From Vulcanimicrobiota bacterium (GTDB lineage: Bacteria; Vulcanimicrobiota; Vulcanimicrobiia; Eremiobacterales; Eremiobacteraceae), in the NCBI GenBank assembly GCA_963812135.1, contig CAWETU010000005.1, positions 288,001 to 352,000 of the forward strand: a stretch of DNA of 64,000 nt, in the 5' to 3' direction. Of this stretch, positions 63,533-64,000 are shown one piece after another. Each line of letters begins with the position of its first letter. Within the stretch, counting starts at the first letter, position 1. The notes beneath the pieces are model-generated. The model was not told where the DNA came from and did no database searches. It saw only the letters and a program-made list of their open reading frames with translations. The position numbers and the translations under genes were made by a program.

Positions 63533-64000
63533 TTGTCGTACTCGTAGAATCCGCGGCCGGACTTCTTGCCGAGATAGCCCGCCGCGACCATCTTCTTCAG
63601 CAGCGGGCACGGGCGGTACTTCGGATCGGAGAATCCGTCGTAGAGCACTTGCATGATCGCCAGGCACGTGTCGAGCCCGATGAAATCGGCAAGCTCGAGC
63701 GGCCCCATCGGATGGTTCATGCCGAGCTTCATGACGGTGTCGATCGCTTCAGGGCTGGCGACGCCTTCCATGTGAGCATAGATGGCTTCGTTGATCATCG
63801 GCATCAGCACGCGGTTGCTCACGAAGCCGGGAAAGTCGTTGACTTCGACGGGCGTCTTGCCGAGCTCCTCAGCGAGCCGTTTGGTGAAGCCGTACGTCTG
63901 ATCCGACGTGGCGATGCCGCGAATGACCTCGACGAGCTTCATGACGGGCACGGGATTCATGAAGTGCATGCCGATCACGCGGTCGGGGCGGCCGGTTGCG
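63529..64000 (-). CDS. hbd: 3-hydroxybutyryl/3-hydroxyacyl-CoA dehydrogenase (partial, 5' end outside the window)
   Basis: [48 protein letters not shown]. Confidence 0.92.

Overview
GC-rich bacterial chromosomal segment, mostly housekeeping. It carries secA-hpf, an LCP/rimO/yajQ/rodZ block, mnmA, futalosine genes mqnE-mqnA-mqnC, ftsK, rnj, a GntR(YtrA)-headed TolC/MFP/ABC export operon, a CIRCE-preceded htrA-dnaK-grpE-dnaJ-MerR operon, metE, an acyl-CoA ligase, ftsEX-M23-2x S41, three acyl-CoA dehydrogenases, a TonB-dependent receptor and sucCD. A short monoderm-type DnaK together with outer-membrane proteins suggests a diderm Terrabacteria lineage such as Eremiobacterota (inference). Many genes, including the essential secA, carry single-base frameshifts that look like long-read consensus errors. 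Main unexpected structures: (1) a ~2.0 kb enzyme-less element at the secA stop codon (992-3026) with 37-bp terminal inverted repeats and a ~16-bp direct duplication of the secA 3' end, carrying two secreted-protein genes, probably with a second related unit stacked to its left; (2) diverged in-frame remnants of the 3' ends of BOTH flanking genes (ligase and metE) sitting between a DUF4258/DUF2283 pair and a Uma2 gene; (3) a GTAG-type REP family with compensatory stem changes that has entered coding sequences; (4) a structured leader with a uORF and an intrinsic terminator between the CIRCE promoter and htrA. No rRNA, tRNA, CRISPR array, transposase or integrase was seen. All family calls are from motif recognition, not database searches.
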